Origin: Malacoraja senta
Lineage: Eukaryota
Reading direction: 5' to 3'
Assembly (NCBI GenBank): GCA_038087875.1
Contig: CM075987.1
Coordinates: 23,748,001-23,812,000, forward strand
DNA length: 64,000 nt
Position numbers and translations under genes: made by a program. Below the pieces are notes generated by a model. That model was not told where the DNA came from. It saw only the letters and a list, made by a program, of their open reading frames with translations, and did no database searches. Shown here in pieces: positions 37,162-49,290 of this stretch; position 1 is the stretch's first letter, and every line of letters starts with the position of its first letter.

Positions 37162-37218
<57 letters not shown>
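36447..37218. repeat. Very long interrupted (CA)n microsatellite
   Basis: ~770 bp of CA with CG/CT interruptions. Confidence 0.98.
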
Positions 37219-37219
<1 letters not shown>

Positions 37220-37708
37220 CGTGTCATAAGGTCATAAGTGATAAGAGCAGAATTAGGCCATTCGGCCCATCAAGTCTACTCCGCCATTCTGCCATGGCTA
37301 CTATCTCCCTCCTAACGCCATTCTCCTGCCTTCTCCCTTTAACCCCTGACACCCATACAAATCAATAATATATCTATCTCTGCCTTAGAACTATCCAAAT
37401 ATGAAACCAAACAGGCGATCTCAGTTTTAGTTTTTAAAGACACAGGGCAGAAACAGGCCCTTCGGCCCACCGAGTCCGCACCGCCCAGCGATCTCTTTGC
37501 ACTAACACTATCCTACACACACGGGGGGCAATTTACAATCATACCAAGCAAAATAACCTACAAATCTGAGATAGACACAAAATGCTGGAATAACTCAGCG
37601 GGTCAGGCAGCAACTCTGGAGAAAAGGAATGGGTGATATTTCGGGTTGAGACCCTTCTTCAGACTATCTTCGGTTTAAACCAACATTTGCAGTTCTTTCC
37701 TACTCAAC

Positions 37709-38125
37709 CTTTTTTTTTAATTTTTTAATATTTTTATTTTATTAGAAGTAAGTACAATTGTATACAATCATATTTTCATAATACCTTTTATTTTAAAAAA
37801 AATTTGAAATAAAGAAGAAAAAGGAAAAAGTTAGATAATGAAAATAGAAAAATGTGAGATATATAGTGTGTGAAAAAGAAAAATAAAGAATGAAAAAAAG
37901 AAAGTTGAGACAGAAAATAGAAGAAAGAGAATAAAAGAAGAGAAGAGAAGAAAAGAGAAGAGAAGATCATTTATAATCTTGACCATCCGCAGTCACGGAT
38001 TAGCTTTTTACACCTGTTTTTGCACCATATGTTTCCAAAAGACGACAAATGGAGACCAACTCGTTATGAATTGGTCAAATTTATCTATTAGGAGGAATCG
38101 CATTTCCTCAAGATGTGCGGTATCC
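37709..38125 (-). mobile_element. 5'-truncated L1-clade LINE (ORF2 C-terminus, T-rich 3' UTR, poly-A)
   Basis: Minus strand reads LDTAHLEEMRFLLIDKFDQFITSWSPF, then AATAAA and an A-rich tail. It interrupts a V-SINE. Related tails occur at 18762-19104 and 59675-60045. Confidence 0.7.
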
Positions 38126-38370
38126 AACCTACAAACCTGCACGTCTTTGGAGTGTGGGAGGAAACTGGAGATCCTGGAGAAAACCCACGCAGGTCACAGG
38201 GAGAAGGTACAAACTCCATACAGACAGCACTCGTGGTCAGGATCGAACCCGGGTCTCTGGCGCTGCAAGGCAGCAACTCTAATGCTGCACCACCTCTGCC
38301 CAAACCTCAAGATTATTCTACCAAATGAAAAGGAAGAAAGAGGCTTTACAAAGCTGAATTTCTCCAAACT

Positions 38371-39635
38371 CCGCTACATCGATGATTGTTTTGGTGCCAC
38401 ATCCTGCACCCACACACAACTGACTGACTTCATCCGCTTCACCACCAACTTCCATCCGGCACTCAATACACCTGGACCATTTCCGACACTTCCCCTACCA
38501 TTCCTTGACCTCACTATCTCCATCGAAGGTGATAGACTCCTTACCGACATCCACTACAAACCACCGACTCCCATGGCTATCTGGACTACACTTCTTCCCA
38601 CCCTGCTTCCTGTAAGGACTCATCCCCCACTCCCCAATTCCTCCGTCTACGCCGCATCTGCTCCCAGGATGAGGCGTTCCACACCAGGGCATCTGAAATG
38701 TCCTCATTCTTCAGGGAACGGGGGTTCCCCTCCTCCACCATAGATGAGGCTCGCACCAGGGTCTCTGCCATACCCCGCAACACTGCTCTCTCTCCCCATC
38801 CCCCCACTCACAACAAGGGCAGAGTCCCCCTAGTCCTCACCTTTCACCCACCAGCCGTCACATACAACAAGTGATCCTCCGTCAGTTCGCCATCTCCAAC
38901 GTGACCCCACCACTCGCCACATCTTCCATCTCCCCCCATGTCTGCCTTCCGCAAAGACCGCTCCCTCCGTAACTCCCTTGTCAATTCCCTTCCCTCCCAT
39001 ACCACCCCCTCCCCTGGTACTTTCCCTTGCAACCGCAAGAGATGCACACTTGTCCCTTCACCTCCCCCCTCGACTCCATTCAAGGACCCAAGCAGTCGTT
39101 CCAGGTGCAACAGAGGTTCACCTGCATCTCCTCCAACCTCATCTATTGCATCGCTGCTCTAGATGCCAGCTGATCTACATCGGTGAGACCAAGCGGAGGC
39201 TTGGCGATCGTTCGCCGAACACCTCCGGTTGGTCCGCAATAACCAACCTGACCTCCCGGTGCCTCAGCACTTCAACTCGCCCTCCCATTCCGTATCTGAC
39301 CTCTCTGTCCTGGGTCTCCTCCATGGCCACAGCGAGCAACACCGTAAATTGGAGGAAATGCACCTCATATTCCGCTTGGGCAGTCTACACCCTGGGGGCT
39401 TGAACATTGAATTCTCCCAATTCTGCTAGCCCTTGCTGTCCCCTCCCTTCATCAGCCCTCTGGTTGTCTCCTCCCCTCCCCCAGCCCTCGGGCTCCTCCC
39501 CTCCGCCTTTTTCCTTTTTTCCTTTCTTCCCCCCACCCCCTATCAGTCTGAAGAAGGGTTTCGGCCCGAAACGTTGCCTATTTCCTTCGCTCCATAGATG
39601 CTGCTGCACCCGCTGAGTTTTCCATTTTGTGTACC
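38371..39635 (+). mobile_element. 5'-truncated Penelope-like retroelement (RT C-terminal half, GIY-YIG endonuclease, 3' terminal repeat)
   Basis: RYIDD RT motif, FLDL and DIHYKP. The GIY-YIG region reads LIYCI..C..CQLIYIGETKRRLGDR..EH and HFN..GLN. Frameshifted. Flanked by the 11-bp direct repeat TTCTCCAAACT (38360-38370, 39636-39646). Confidence 0.92.
39544..39580 (+). ncRNA. Minimal hammerhead-ribozyme-like motif in the Penelope 3' terminal repeat
   Basis: CTGAAGA + A + stem II (GGGT-TTCG-GCCC) + GAAA + CGTT. Hammerhead motifs are an established feature of Penelope-like element termini. Confidence 0.7.
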
Positions 39636-42568
39636 TTCTCCAAACTTATGTCTGGTTTAACTCTCTGAAAAGCCAAAGCTAGCTGAAAAATTAACAGACG
39701 GAAGCAGTTTTACTCATTATCGTGCCTACTTAATTCCTCATCTATAAAGTTCCAAGCAAGAATATTTTTCAGATGCTGCAGGGTTCCCACACTGTTTGTG
39801 CAACAACCACAAAGGAAGAAAGCCCGTCGGTCCATAAGGAAGTGTTTCGTGGAATGCATCAAACATAATATTACGTTTTGAAAAAGCAAATGTGTTTTGG
39901 TGCAAAAGGAAATCATTAATTTAGTGTTGGGGGGGAGGGAGATGAAAACAAGTCACAGCCTCTGAAATAGAAAGTTGAGATTATCATCTGAGCCAAGATA
40001 CATCTGTATACCCATGGAGCGAAGGAAATAGGCAACGTTTCGGGTTGAAGAAGGTTTCGGCTCGAAACATTGCCTATTTCCTTCGCTCCATAGATGCTGC
40101 CTCACCCGCTGAGTTTTCTCCAGCGTTTTTGTCTACCTTCGATTTTCCAGCATCTGCAGTTCCTTCCTAAACATCTGTATACCCATCACTGAATGCTGAT
40201 CATTCCTCTGTGTTCACATATTCTGGTGTTCTGCTGCTAGTAAGATTTCATTGTTCTGTCTTGGACATATAAACAATAAAACACTCTTGAATCCCACCTG
40301 TATGTAGGACCCAAAGCTGCAGAGTATTTACAGAGTATTGCCCCATCTTAGATATAGATAAATTAGCCAGTTAAGGTTGCAAAATGAAACTATCTAAAGC
40401 TCCACTCCTTGTGTGGAACTGGCCTGCTCGACTCATTCCATATTGATTATTGATTATTGTGAAAAAGGAGTGGCAGGTTCTTGGCTAAAGGATAGTTATG
40501 TGAGATTACAGTGGTTCATATCCGGTGTGCATGACGACATAATACTCGAGTGTCACTGCGGAATACACGACAAAGAGGTTTCACATTCATCTTTGTCACT
40601 TGGGGATTTCCTGAAGATTTCTTACCAGATACTGCTTCAGAGATAAGCTTGTTTCAGCCTGTAAGGTTCATGAATAGAATAAAATACTTTTCATTTTAGT
40701 TTAGGTTAGAGATACAGCTTGGAAACAGGCCCGTCAGCCCAGTGAGTCCGCACCGACCAGCGATCCCCGCACGCTAACTATCCTACATGCTATAGGGAAA
40801 CCCATTGTGGTCACGGGGGGGGGGGGGGACGTACAAACTCCAGACAGACAGCACCCGTAGTCAGGATCGAACCCGGGTCTCTGACGCTGCTAGGCAGCAA
40901 CTCTACCGCTGCGCCACCGTGACGCATTTTTCTCTTTTCACCTAGCTTCAAACGGGGCAACGGAATGGCTGGTTTGCATGGTTAATGAAAGAAAGTTGTT
41001 CAGGAAGGAACTGTAGACGCTGGAAAGTCCAGTCTGAAGGAAGGGTTTCGGCCGAAACGTTGCCTATTTCCTTCGCTCCATAGCTGCTGCCTCACCCGCT
41101 GAGTTTCTCCAGCACTTTTGTCTACCGTTAATGAAAGAAACTTAGTTGGGATGGTTTCTGGAAGCTGGTGTAAGCTTGGTGCTGCAATTGTGATCTTGCT
41201 GCAGGCTGGAAGTGAATACACAATTGGTGTGCATTCATTCTACAGGGGAACAGCCCCATCAACTCTCACTGGGCAAGTTCAATATTGGCCTCGTGAATGT
41301 TCTTCATCGGCAACATATCTTCAACCTGTGGAGGTCTTGGTTTCCTGGTCCTCCTAAATATTACAAATGGAATTTAAACTGGAGGTGGCGGAGTTGCACG
41401 ATTGAATCATAGTTGGGAATGTCGGTTGCCAATCCTCTGGGATAGGTCTGGATCCTCATGGGATTAAAACGTGATCTCCATCATAAGCCAAGCAATGATT
41501 TGGGCATAATTCACAAGGGCATTAAACAAAGTGTATTATTATTTTTTTTTGGGACATTATAATGTTTTGAATTATAAATGTTGCGGATGAAAAATAGGAT
41601 TGTTCAAACTCATCCTATCAAATTATGATTATGCTAAACATGGAGGGAGGGGTCTATCAGGATGGTCACATCCATGCGGCACTGTGGCGCAGCGGTAGAG
41701 TTGCTGCCTTACAGCACCAGAGACACAGGTTCGATCCTGACTACAGGTGCTGTCTGTGTGGAGTTTACCTGTTCGCCCTGCGACCGCGTGGGTTTTCTCC
41801 GGGTGCTCCGGTTCCTCCCACACTCCAAAGAAGTGCAGGTTTGTCGGTTAATTGGTGCCTGTAAAATTGTCCCTCCTGTGTAGAATGCGAAAGTGGGTTA
41901 ACATAGAACTCGTGTAGAAATGTCTGATAGTTGATGTGAACTTAGTGGGCCAAAGGGGCTGTTTCCGTGCTGTATCTCTATACGCTAAACATCAGGCGTC
42001 CAGTGCTTAGGGTGGGTTGGAACCCTGGGCAGTGAACGCATTCAAGTGATCATGTCAACAAACCTCTTCAGCCAAGAACAAGATCTTTATTACTTCCATA
42101 CTTTGCATGGTTGGTGTTTCTGTGGAGATTTAGTATGTTGATCATGAATATGATGAGCGATACAGCTGTGAAACAGGCCCTTCGGCCCACCGAGGCCACG
42201 CCGACCATCGATCGTCCGTCCACTAGTTGTCTGTTATCCCACTTTTTGCATCCACTCCTCACACACTAGGGGGCAATGAACAGACGCCAGTTACAATCTA
42301 CAAACCTGCACGTCTTTGGGGTTGTGGAGGGAAACCAGAGCACCAGGAGGAAACCCACACGGGACACAGGGAGAACGTGCAAATCCACACATGTGAGGTG
42401 CAGGATCGAACCAGGTCCCTGGCGCTGTGAGGCAGCCACTGTGCGTTTGGGAAAGATGCTCCCGTGCGGATGCCGGGAGCTCGCTGCCTCGCCTCGTGCC
42501 GTCTGGAGCTCGTTGCCGGCTGTTCGCAACTGCTGCACTTTTAACACTTCTGCCTCTTCCCACCGCAG

Positions 42569-42627
42569 GTTATTTCGGCCATCTCCAGAATCTCCCACAA
42601 CAACGTGGTGCAGAGCAAAGGCATCAG
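42569..42627 (+). CDS. VAV2: VAV2 exon (approx. exon 3), end of calponin-homology domain: VISAISRISHNNVVQSKGI(R)
   Basis: Pyrimidine tract + CAG acceptor (cttcccaccgcag) and GTAATA donor. 59 bp. The translation matches human VAV2 [20 protein letters not shown] as recalled. The phase-2 end joins the next exon. Confidence 0.9.
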
Positions 42628-42691
42628 GTAATAGTCGCCACGCACCGGGTTATTCCCGTGAGACTGCTGTGAATGTTTGCAACACCATTTC

Positions 42692-42800
42692 TTGTGTGTG
42701 TGTGTGTGTGTGTGTGTGTGAGTGTGTGTGTGCGTGTGTGTGTGTGTGCGTGTATATGTGTGCGTGCGTGCGTGCGTGCGTGTGTGTGTGTGTGTGTGTG
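42692..42800. repeat. (TG)n/(TGCG)n microsatellite just downstream of the VAV2 exon at 42569-42627
   Basis: Direct observation. Confidence 0.95.
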
Positions 42801-43802
42801 TTCCCCCCCCCCACCCCCCGTCTACCCCCATGTACGTATCTCGAGGCCAGTCAACCTACTAACCTGTAGAGTTCGGGCTGTGGTTGGAAACGTTGCTCCT
42901 GAAGACACAGGGAGAACGTGCAGACTCCACACAGACTGCACCTGGAGCTCAGAGGCAGCAGCTCTACCAGCTGCGACACCATGTCCAGGACAACGTATCA
43001 ATGACCCTTCAACAGAAAAAAACACAAAGTGCTGGAGTAACTCAGCAAGTCTGGCAGCATCTCTGGAAGACATGATGTGCACTCAAGGAACTGCAGGTGC
43101 AAGTTTAAACCGAAGATAGACACAAAAGCTGGAGAAACTCAGCGGGTCAGGCAGCATCTCTGGAGAGAAGATACCAGTGACCCTGAAGAAGGGTCTCGAC
43201 CTGAAACGTCACCTATTCCTTTTCGCCAGAGATGCTGCCTGACCCGCTGAGTTACTCCACCTTTGTGTGTCTATCTCTGGAAGACATGGTTAGTCTCAGG
43301 TATTGGTTTGGGTCATTCTTCAGACTTAAGAAGATAGTCTGGGGAAGGGTTCCTCGCGAAACGTCACATATTCATGTCTTCCAGAGATGTGGCCTGATCC
43401 ACTGAGTTACTCCAAACACTTTGAGCTTTTTTCGGGTCAGCCAGCATCTGCAGTTTCTTGTGTCTAAAAGTATCATTTTGAGATTTTTTTGTCATAGTTC
43501 CGATGAAAAGCCATCAACGTAAAGCTGAATTGAATACATTTTAGTAGCCAAGTGTGTATACATGCAAGGAATTTGCCTTGGTGCTTTGCCCGCAAGGATA
43601 ACAACACGATATACAGTAGACCATTAAAAATAAAACATTATAATTTAAACATGTGAAGAATGAAATAAAATACAGGAGCAAAAGGAGGCTACAGACTTTT
43701 GGCTGTTGAGTAGAGCTACTACTTGTGGGAGAAGCTGTTTTTATGTCTGGCTGTGGCGGCTTTGACATCCAGAGTCGCCTTCCAGAGGGAAGAGTTCCAG
43801 TA

Positions 43803-45806
43803 CGCCATGTACCTTTCCTATGTTTGGCTCGTGCAACTACAACAGTTTAGAGAGGGAGCAAGAGCTTAAGTACTAACTATAAGATTAACGCAAGTGTTTA
43901 AGAAGGAACTGCAGATGCTGGAAAATCAAAGGTAGACAAAAATGCAGGAGAACTCAGCGGGTGCAGCAGCATCTATGGAGCGAAGGAAATAGGCAACGTT
44001 TCGGGCCGAAACCCTTCTTCAGACTGAAGATTAACACAAGCCATTGGTCCTGGTAATAACATTCCCTGGAATATGTAGATTGCTCCGTAAACAGATTATT
44101 GTAGTTCTCAGCTGTTCAGTACTATTTTACAGAACCCATCTACTGTATGAGGTCTGCCTCCTTAAGTAGAAAGAAATGCTAATCCATCCATTTCTTTATC
44201 ACTGCAATAGAGTCAGAGAGTGATACAGCCTGGAAACAGGCCCTTTGGCCCAACTAGCCCACACTGGCCAACATGTCCCATCTACACCATTCCCAGCTGC
44301 CTGCGCTTGGCCCATATCCCAGCAAACCTGTGCTATCCATGTACCTGTCTAACTGTTTCTTAAATGTTGGGATAGTCCCTGCCTCAACTACATCTTCCGG
44401 CAGCTCGTTCCACACACCCACCACCCTTTGTGTGAAAAAGCTACCCCTCAGATTCCTATTAAATATTTTCCTTATCTTGTACATTTGCCGCCTTCTCCAT
44501 GAATACTGCTTAAGCTGCTTAAAACGCCCAGCATTATTTATTTCATGTTCCTAAGTTACAGGAGCAGAATTAGGCCATCGGGCCCATCAAGTCTACTCCG
44601 CCATTCAATCATGGGCGATCCATCTTTCCCTCTCAACCCCATTCTCCTGCCTCCTCCCCATAGCCCCTGACACCTGTACTAATCAAGAGTCTATATTCCC
44701 TTTGCTCCTGGTTCTATTCCATGTAGTCCCCCACACCCGGTGCTGTTAAAACAATGGGTTTTCCTTCACCCTCGTCCTTGGTAAACATGGGTAAAGGTCA
44801 GGTTCAAATGAGCTGTGCTCATTAGAGAAACAGCGCGGAAACTGGCCTTCGGCCCACCGAGTCCGCACCGGACCAGCGATCCCCGCACACTAACAAATCC
44901 TTCACACGCTAGGGGCAATTTGCTGTGCGTTTTTGGAGTGTGGGAGAAAACCAAAGATCTCGGAGATCTCGGAGGAAACCCACGCGGGTCACAGGGAGAA
45001 GGTACAAACTCCGTACCGACAGCACCCGTAGTCAGGATCGAACCGGGGTCCCTGGCGCTGCAAGGCAGCAACTCTACCGCTGCGCCATGGTCACCTGCTG
45101 CTGCCTGAAACATTTAGCACCTCTGCCTCCTAATACATTTACAAATAAAATCAAAATGCCCACATTAGCAGGACAGTCAATAATATCTCTGGAACCGTGA
45201 GCATTGTGGCTGGAATTAGACAGACTGCAGACCTGATCATACAACAGATATGCACCAAAATATTGACCCCCCTTCACTCGCGATGTACGTGTTCTATGTT
45301 TGGTTCGTGCAACTACAACAGGTTAGAGAGGGAGCAAGAGCTTAAGTACTGACTGTAAGATTAACACACGCATTGGTACTGATAACAATATTCCCTGCAA
45401 TAATGCTCCATAAACAGATTAATGTAGTTCTCAGCAGTTCAGTACTATTTAGAGAACTTATCTACAGTATGAGGTCTGCCTCCTTAAGTAGCAAGAAATG
45501 CTAATCCGTCCATTTCTTTCTCAGTGCAATAGAGTCAAAGATTGATACAGCCTGTAAACAGGCCCTTCGGCCCAACTAGCCCACACTGGCCAACATGTCC
45601 CATCTACACTAGTCCCACCTGCCAACGCTTGGTCCATATCCCTCCAAACCTGTCCCATCCGTGTACCTGTCTAACTGTTTCTTAAATGTTGGGATAGTCC
45701 CAGCCTCAACTATCTCCTCCAGCTGCTCGTTCCATACACTCGCCACCCTTTGTGTGAAAAAGTTACCCCTCAGATTCCTATTAAATATTTTCCGTATCTT
45801 GTACAT
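43803..45806 (+). repeat. Local direct duplication of ~530 bp (43803-44485 and 45281-45806)
   Basis: Co-linear unique sequence plus a CR1 fragment in both copies (gtgcaactacaaca..gagggagcaagagcttaagtact..gaggtctgcctccttaagta..atcttgtacat). Confidence 0.9.
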
Positions 45807-46035
45807 ATTCTGTTGTGGTGTTGCGAATAAGATTTTCATTGTTCTATCTGGGACATATGACAGTAAAACACTCTTGACACTTGACTTGACCCTTCACTCC
45901 CTTCACCTGAAACCTATGTTCTCTGGACCTCGATTCACCTACTCTGAGCAAGAGACTGTGCGTCTACCCGATCGATTCTTCTCATGATTTTGTACACCTC
46001 TATAAGATCACCCCTCATCCTCCTGCACTCCAAGG

Positions 46036-46429
46036 CAAAGATCCTATAGCGGAGCAAGATAGACCACTCCTGCTAATGCAATGGGCTGACGTGTAGTACG
46101 CATCGGAGCGGAACGTGGGCCTTTTTTCATCCATTTCCGTAACCCGACCCGACCGACCCGCTCGCAGTGTAATCAACGTTGCGGGGGAACAGTTTGTGTT
46201 AAAAATTATAATTCTGAAAACGAGAAGATTTTTCCCAAATAACTTTTATTTTTACGAGGATGTTTCCGTAACCGGCTTCCGTCTCCGCACTAGTATCCTA
46301 TGGGATCTTTGGTGCGGAGACGGAAGCCGGTTACGGAAATGGGGCCGAAAATTACCCATGAATCTGCCCATGACCGTACTACGTCTTTTTCGTCGAGTGG
46401 ACTATCTTTGCTCCGCTATAGGGTCTTTG
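46036..46429. mobile_element. Non-autonomous DNA transposon (P-element- or hAT-like MITE)
   Basis: ~34-bp TIRs CAAAGATCCTATAGCGGAGCAAGATAG.. / ..CTATCTTTGCTCCGCTATAGGGTCTTTG. Perfect 8-bp TSD CTCCAAGG (46028-46035, 46430-46437). Splits a CR1 fragment. Confidence 0.85.
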
Positions 46430-46974
46430 CTCCAAGGAATAGAATCCCAGCACACCTCTCCCTGCAGCTCAGACCCTCGAGTCCTGGCAACGTCCTCGTA
46501 AATCTTCTCTGTACCCTTTCCAGTTCAGTAGAGTCCCCTCTTCTGTGACCACTTTGAAGACAGTTGCAACATGGCTGATCTATCTCTCCGCCTAATCCCA
46601 TTAGCCCCACAACCCCTGACACCCGCACTAATCAACAATCTATGTGTCTCCGCCTTCAAAATATCCATTGACTTGGCCTCCACAGCCTTCTGTGGCAAAG
46701 AATTCCACAGATTCACCACCCTCTGACTAAAGAAATTCCTCTTCATCTCCTTCCTAAAGGAACGTGGCTTAATTCTGAGGCCATGACCTCTGGTCGTAGA
46801 CTCTCCCACTGGTGGAAACATCCAGCCACATGTTTTCATCTTTTTTCCCTGGGTGTCACCTGGAGGGAAATATGTTCAGGGTGTCATTACCTCTGCTGAG
46901 GGCAGATATCACTCTGTGGATCTTGTGAGGGTGAAAGATCCAACGTTGACTTCTTCTGCGTTTGCTTTTCTCAG

Positions 46975-47043
46975 GCCGTTCCCTTCGGAGGAGACCGCAG
47001 TGGACGATGACGATGTCTATCGCAGCCTGGAGGAGCTGGCCGA
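46975..47043 (+). CDS. VAV2: VAV2 exon (approx. exon 4), acidic region: (R)[22 protein letters not shown](D), containing the first regulatory tyrosine
   Basis: tttgcttttctcag acceptor and GTGAGT donor. 69 bp. Near-identical to VAV2 [24 protein letters not shown]. Confidence 0.95.
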
Positions 47044-48306
47044 GTGAGTCTCACCCACTTCGTAGTCTGCTGGAGGACTGGCGTCACTCGGGCCTCGGAG
47101 ATCGTGGGGGGGCTGGGGACATATTGAAGGCTACGGGGAGTTTACAGTTTAGTTAATTGTCACGTGTGCTGCGGTACAGTGTAACGGTTTTTGTTACGTG
47201 CTATCCCGTCAGCAGAAAGACAATACACGATTACAATCGAGCCATTTACAGTGTACAGATACATGATAAGGGATTAACCACTAGGGCAAGGTAAAGCCAA
47301 CAAAGTCCGATCAAGGATAGTCCGAGGGTCACCAAAGAGGCAGATAGTAGTTCAGGGACTGAGTGGTTCGGTTTAGTTTAGAGATACAGCACGGAACAGG
47401 CCCTTCGCCCCGCCGAGTCCTGCCGACCAGCGATCCCCACACACTAACACTATCCTACACACACTAGGGACAATGTACAGTTCTAGCAGGTCAATTGACT
47501 TACAAACCTGTACATCTTTGGAGTGTGGGAGGAAACCTGAGATCCCAGAGAGAACCCATGCAGGTCATGGGGAGAACGTACAAACTCCTCACGGACAGAA
47601 CGGACTATGGGTGCTCCCTGTACGGAGTTTGTACGTTCTCCCCGTGACTGTGTGCGTTTCCCCTGGGAGCTCCCACATTCCAAAGACGTGCAGGTTTGCA
47701 GGTTAATTGGCTTCTGTAACTTGTAAATTGTCCCTAGTGTGTAGAATAGTGCTAGTGTACGGGGTGGTCGCTGGTTGGCGCGGATCTGGTGGGCTGAAGA
47801 GCTTGTTTCTATGCCCTATCTCTAAAGTCTAAACCTGTCTCAGAATCAGCCTGGCACCGCACGCAACCCATGCTGAAATTTCTTCGGAAGAAGTTGAGTA
47901 TCTGTTGGCATGGATAGAGTTAGTGGGAGTTGGGTTTAGGATGCCACGGTGTGGACTACACCAACAGATTGTACACGATATATCTTGTGTAACACTTACA
48001 GTATTTTGCCTGAGGTGCTCATGTGTTAACTACAGATGGAGGTCCTTCATCAGGATTGCAATCAAATCATTGGGAATTTGCTTCAGAGTCTTCTAAACCT
48101 GAGGCCGTTTGTTCGCAATGTCGTATTTGGGGCAGGAGTCCAACATGGAGGGAGGAAGGAAGGGGTCAGGCGATGAAGCCAAGGAGGAATTTCTTTATGA
48201 AATGCCGATCTGTGGCGGGAACAAAATGTACGACCAGAGATTCTCAAAAACCTCCAGGCTGTAATTGTGTCTTTACGGATTGATCAGAAGGAATGATTCA
48301 TAGGAC

Positions 48307-48506
48307 NNNNNNNNNNNNNNNNNNNNNNNNNNNNNNNNNNNNNNNNNNNNNNNNNNNNNNNNNNNNNNNNNNNNNNNNNNNNNNNNNNNNNNNNNNNNNN
48401 NNNNNNNNNNNNNNNNNNNNNNNNNNNNNNNNNNNNNNNNNNNNNNNNNNNNNNNNNNNNNNNNNNNNNNNNNNNNNNNNNNNNNNNNNNNNNNNNNNNN
48501 NNNNNN
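48307..48506. other. Assembly gap (200 N)
   Basis: Run of N in the sequence. Confidence 1.
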
Positions 48507-48537
48507 GGAAATGGAAGCCATCTTCATTAACCTAGAG
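48507..48537 (+). CDS. VAV2: VAV2 partial exon (3' part of approx. exon 8, DH domain): EMEAIFINLE, 5' part lost in the gap
   Basis: GAA ATG GAA GCC ATC TTC ATT AAC CTA GAG followed by a GTATGT donor. Matches VAV2 DMAAVFINLE. The phase-0 end fits the next exon. Confidence 0.85.
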
Positions 48538-48619
48538 GTATGTGTCTCAACGTCCGAGCCAGCTGTCAGGCAACAACCCTGGAGAAAAGGAACAGGTGAT
48601 GTCTCAGGTCAAGTCAGGT

Positions 48620-49290
48620 GGACAGCAGGCAGTGAAGAAAGCAAATGGCATGTTGGCCTTCACAGCGAGAGAATTTGAGCATAGGAGCAAGGAGGTCCTA
48701 CTACAGTTGTACAGGGCCCTGGTGAGACCACACCTGGAGTATTGTGTGCAGTTTTGGTCTCCGAATTTGAGGAAGGACATTCTTGCTATTGAGGGAGTGC
48801 AGCGTAGGTTCACCAGGTTAATTCCCGGGATGGCGGGATTGACATATGATGAAAGAATGGGTCGACTGGGCTTGTATTCACTGGAATTTAGAAGGATGAG
48901 AGGGAACCTTATACAAACATATAATTTTTTAAAGGGAATGGACAGACTAGATGCAGGAAAAATGTTCCTGATGTTGGAGTCCAGAACCAGGGTCACAGTT
49001 TAAGAATAAGGGGTAGGCCATTCAGGACTGAGATGAGGATTTTTTTTTCACCCAGAGAATTGTGAATCTGTGGAATTCTCTGCCACAGAAGGCAGTGGAG
49101 GTCAATTCACTGGATGTTTTCAAGAGAGTTAGATTTAGCTCTTCGGGTTAACGGAATCAAGGGATATGGGGGAGAAAGCAGGAACGGGGTAATGGTTTTG
49201 GATGATCAGCCTTGATCATATTGAATGGCGGTGCTAGCTCGAAGGGCCGAATGGCCTACTCCTGCACCTATTTTCTATTTTTCTATGTCA
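48620..49290 (+). mobile_element. CR1/HER1 LINE 3' fragment (ORF2 C-terminus and 3' UTR)
   Basis: Encodes [44 protein letters not shown], followed by the CR1 3' tail. Confidence 0.92.

Noticed and set aside
36401..37368. Long His/Thr-rich and Cys/Val-rich ORFs (278-313 aa)
   Set aside because: Translations of the (CA)n microsatellite, not genes.
37979..38743. 254-aa ORF with YIDD motif as a novel RT gene
   Set aside because: Chance read-through across an antisense L1 tail, a SINE and the truncated, frameshifted Penelope RT.
1..42568. Searched by eye for the VAV2 exon encoding FLCLKNIRTFLKVC..FDVRDFGK
   Set aside because: Not found. It is probably upstream of the window, though a manual scan could have missed it.
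48542..49003. 153-aa ORF just after the gap as a host gene exon
   Set aside because: CR1 ORF2 C-terminal remnant within a VAV2 intron.
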